Both the position numbers and the translations under genes were made by a program. From contig JBFMCE010000085.1 in assembly GCA_040754655.1 (NCBI GenBank), positions 1 to 16,638 of the forward strand: a stretch of 16,638 bases of DNA. Reading direction: 5' to 3'. This stretch comes from Bdellovibrionota bacterium. Its GTDB lineage: Bacteria; Bdellovibrionota; UBA1018; UBA923. Shown one piece after another: positions 16,556-16,638 of this stretch (position 1 is the first letter of the stretch; each line of letters opens with the position of its first letter). Below the pieces are notes generated by a model that was not told the DNA's origin, ran no database searches, and worked only from the letters and a program-made list of their open reading frames with translations.

Positions 16556-16612
16556 CTAATTTTATTTATAAAGATCCATTAGTTTTTGCCTTAAACCCAA
16601 GGAGTCGAACTC

Positions 16613-16638
16613 GTGAAACGCACTAAACCTTCTATTCT
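16613..16638 (+). CDS. Start of an unidentified CDS truncated by the window end (MKRTKPSI...)
   Basis: SD AAGGAG at 16599-16604 followed 8 nt later by GTG AAA CGC. The frame is open to the end of the window. Confidence 0.5.

Overview
Bacterial chromosomal window, mostly housekeeping. The gene set and protein style suggest a Bdellovibrionota/deltaproteobacterium-like organism (inference). Minus strand: 5' part of a uvrD/pcrA helicase, a degenerate CLC-family transporter with CBS domains, glmS and glmU; a single-domain PilZ gene sits on the + strand between glmU and glmS. Plus strand: MATE transporter, dksA, lon, a tandem pair of CNNM/CorC-HlyC (DUF21+CBS) transporters, an orphan CheY plus CheX/CheC-like pair and a small membrane-anchored protein. 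An exported orphan gene lies antisense between dksA and lon. The most unusual part is the last ~1 kb. Two small secreted single-cysteine peptide genes each have their own near-consensus sigma54 (-24/-12) promoter and a similar-looking leader. They are separated by a hairpin-rich spacer and preceded by a perfect TTGACTT-N3-AAGTCAA palindrome. No RNA genes, mobile elements or CRISPR arrays could be supported.
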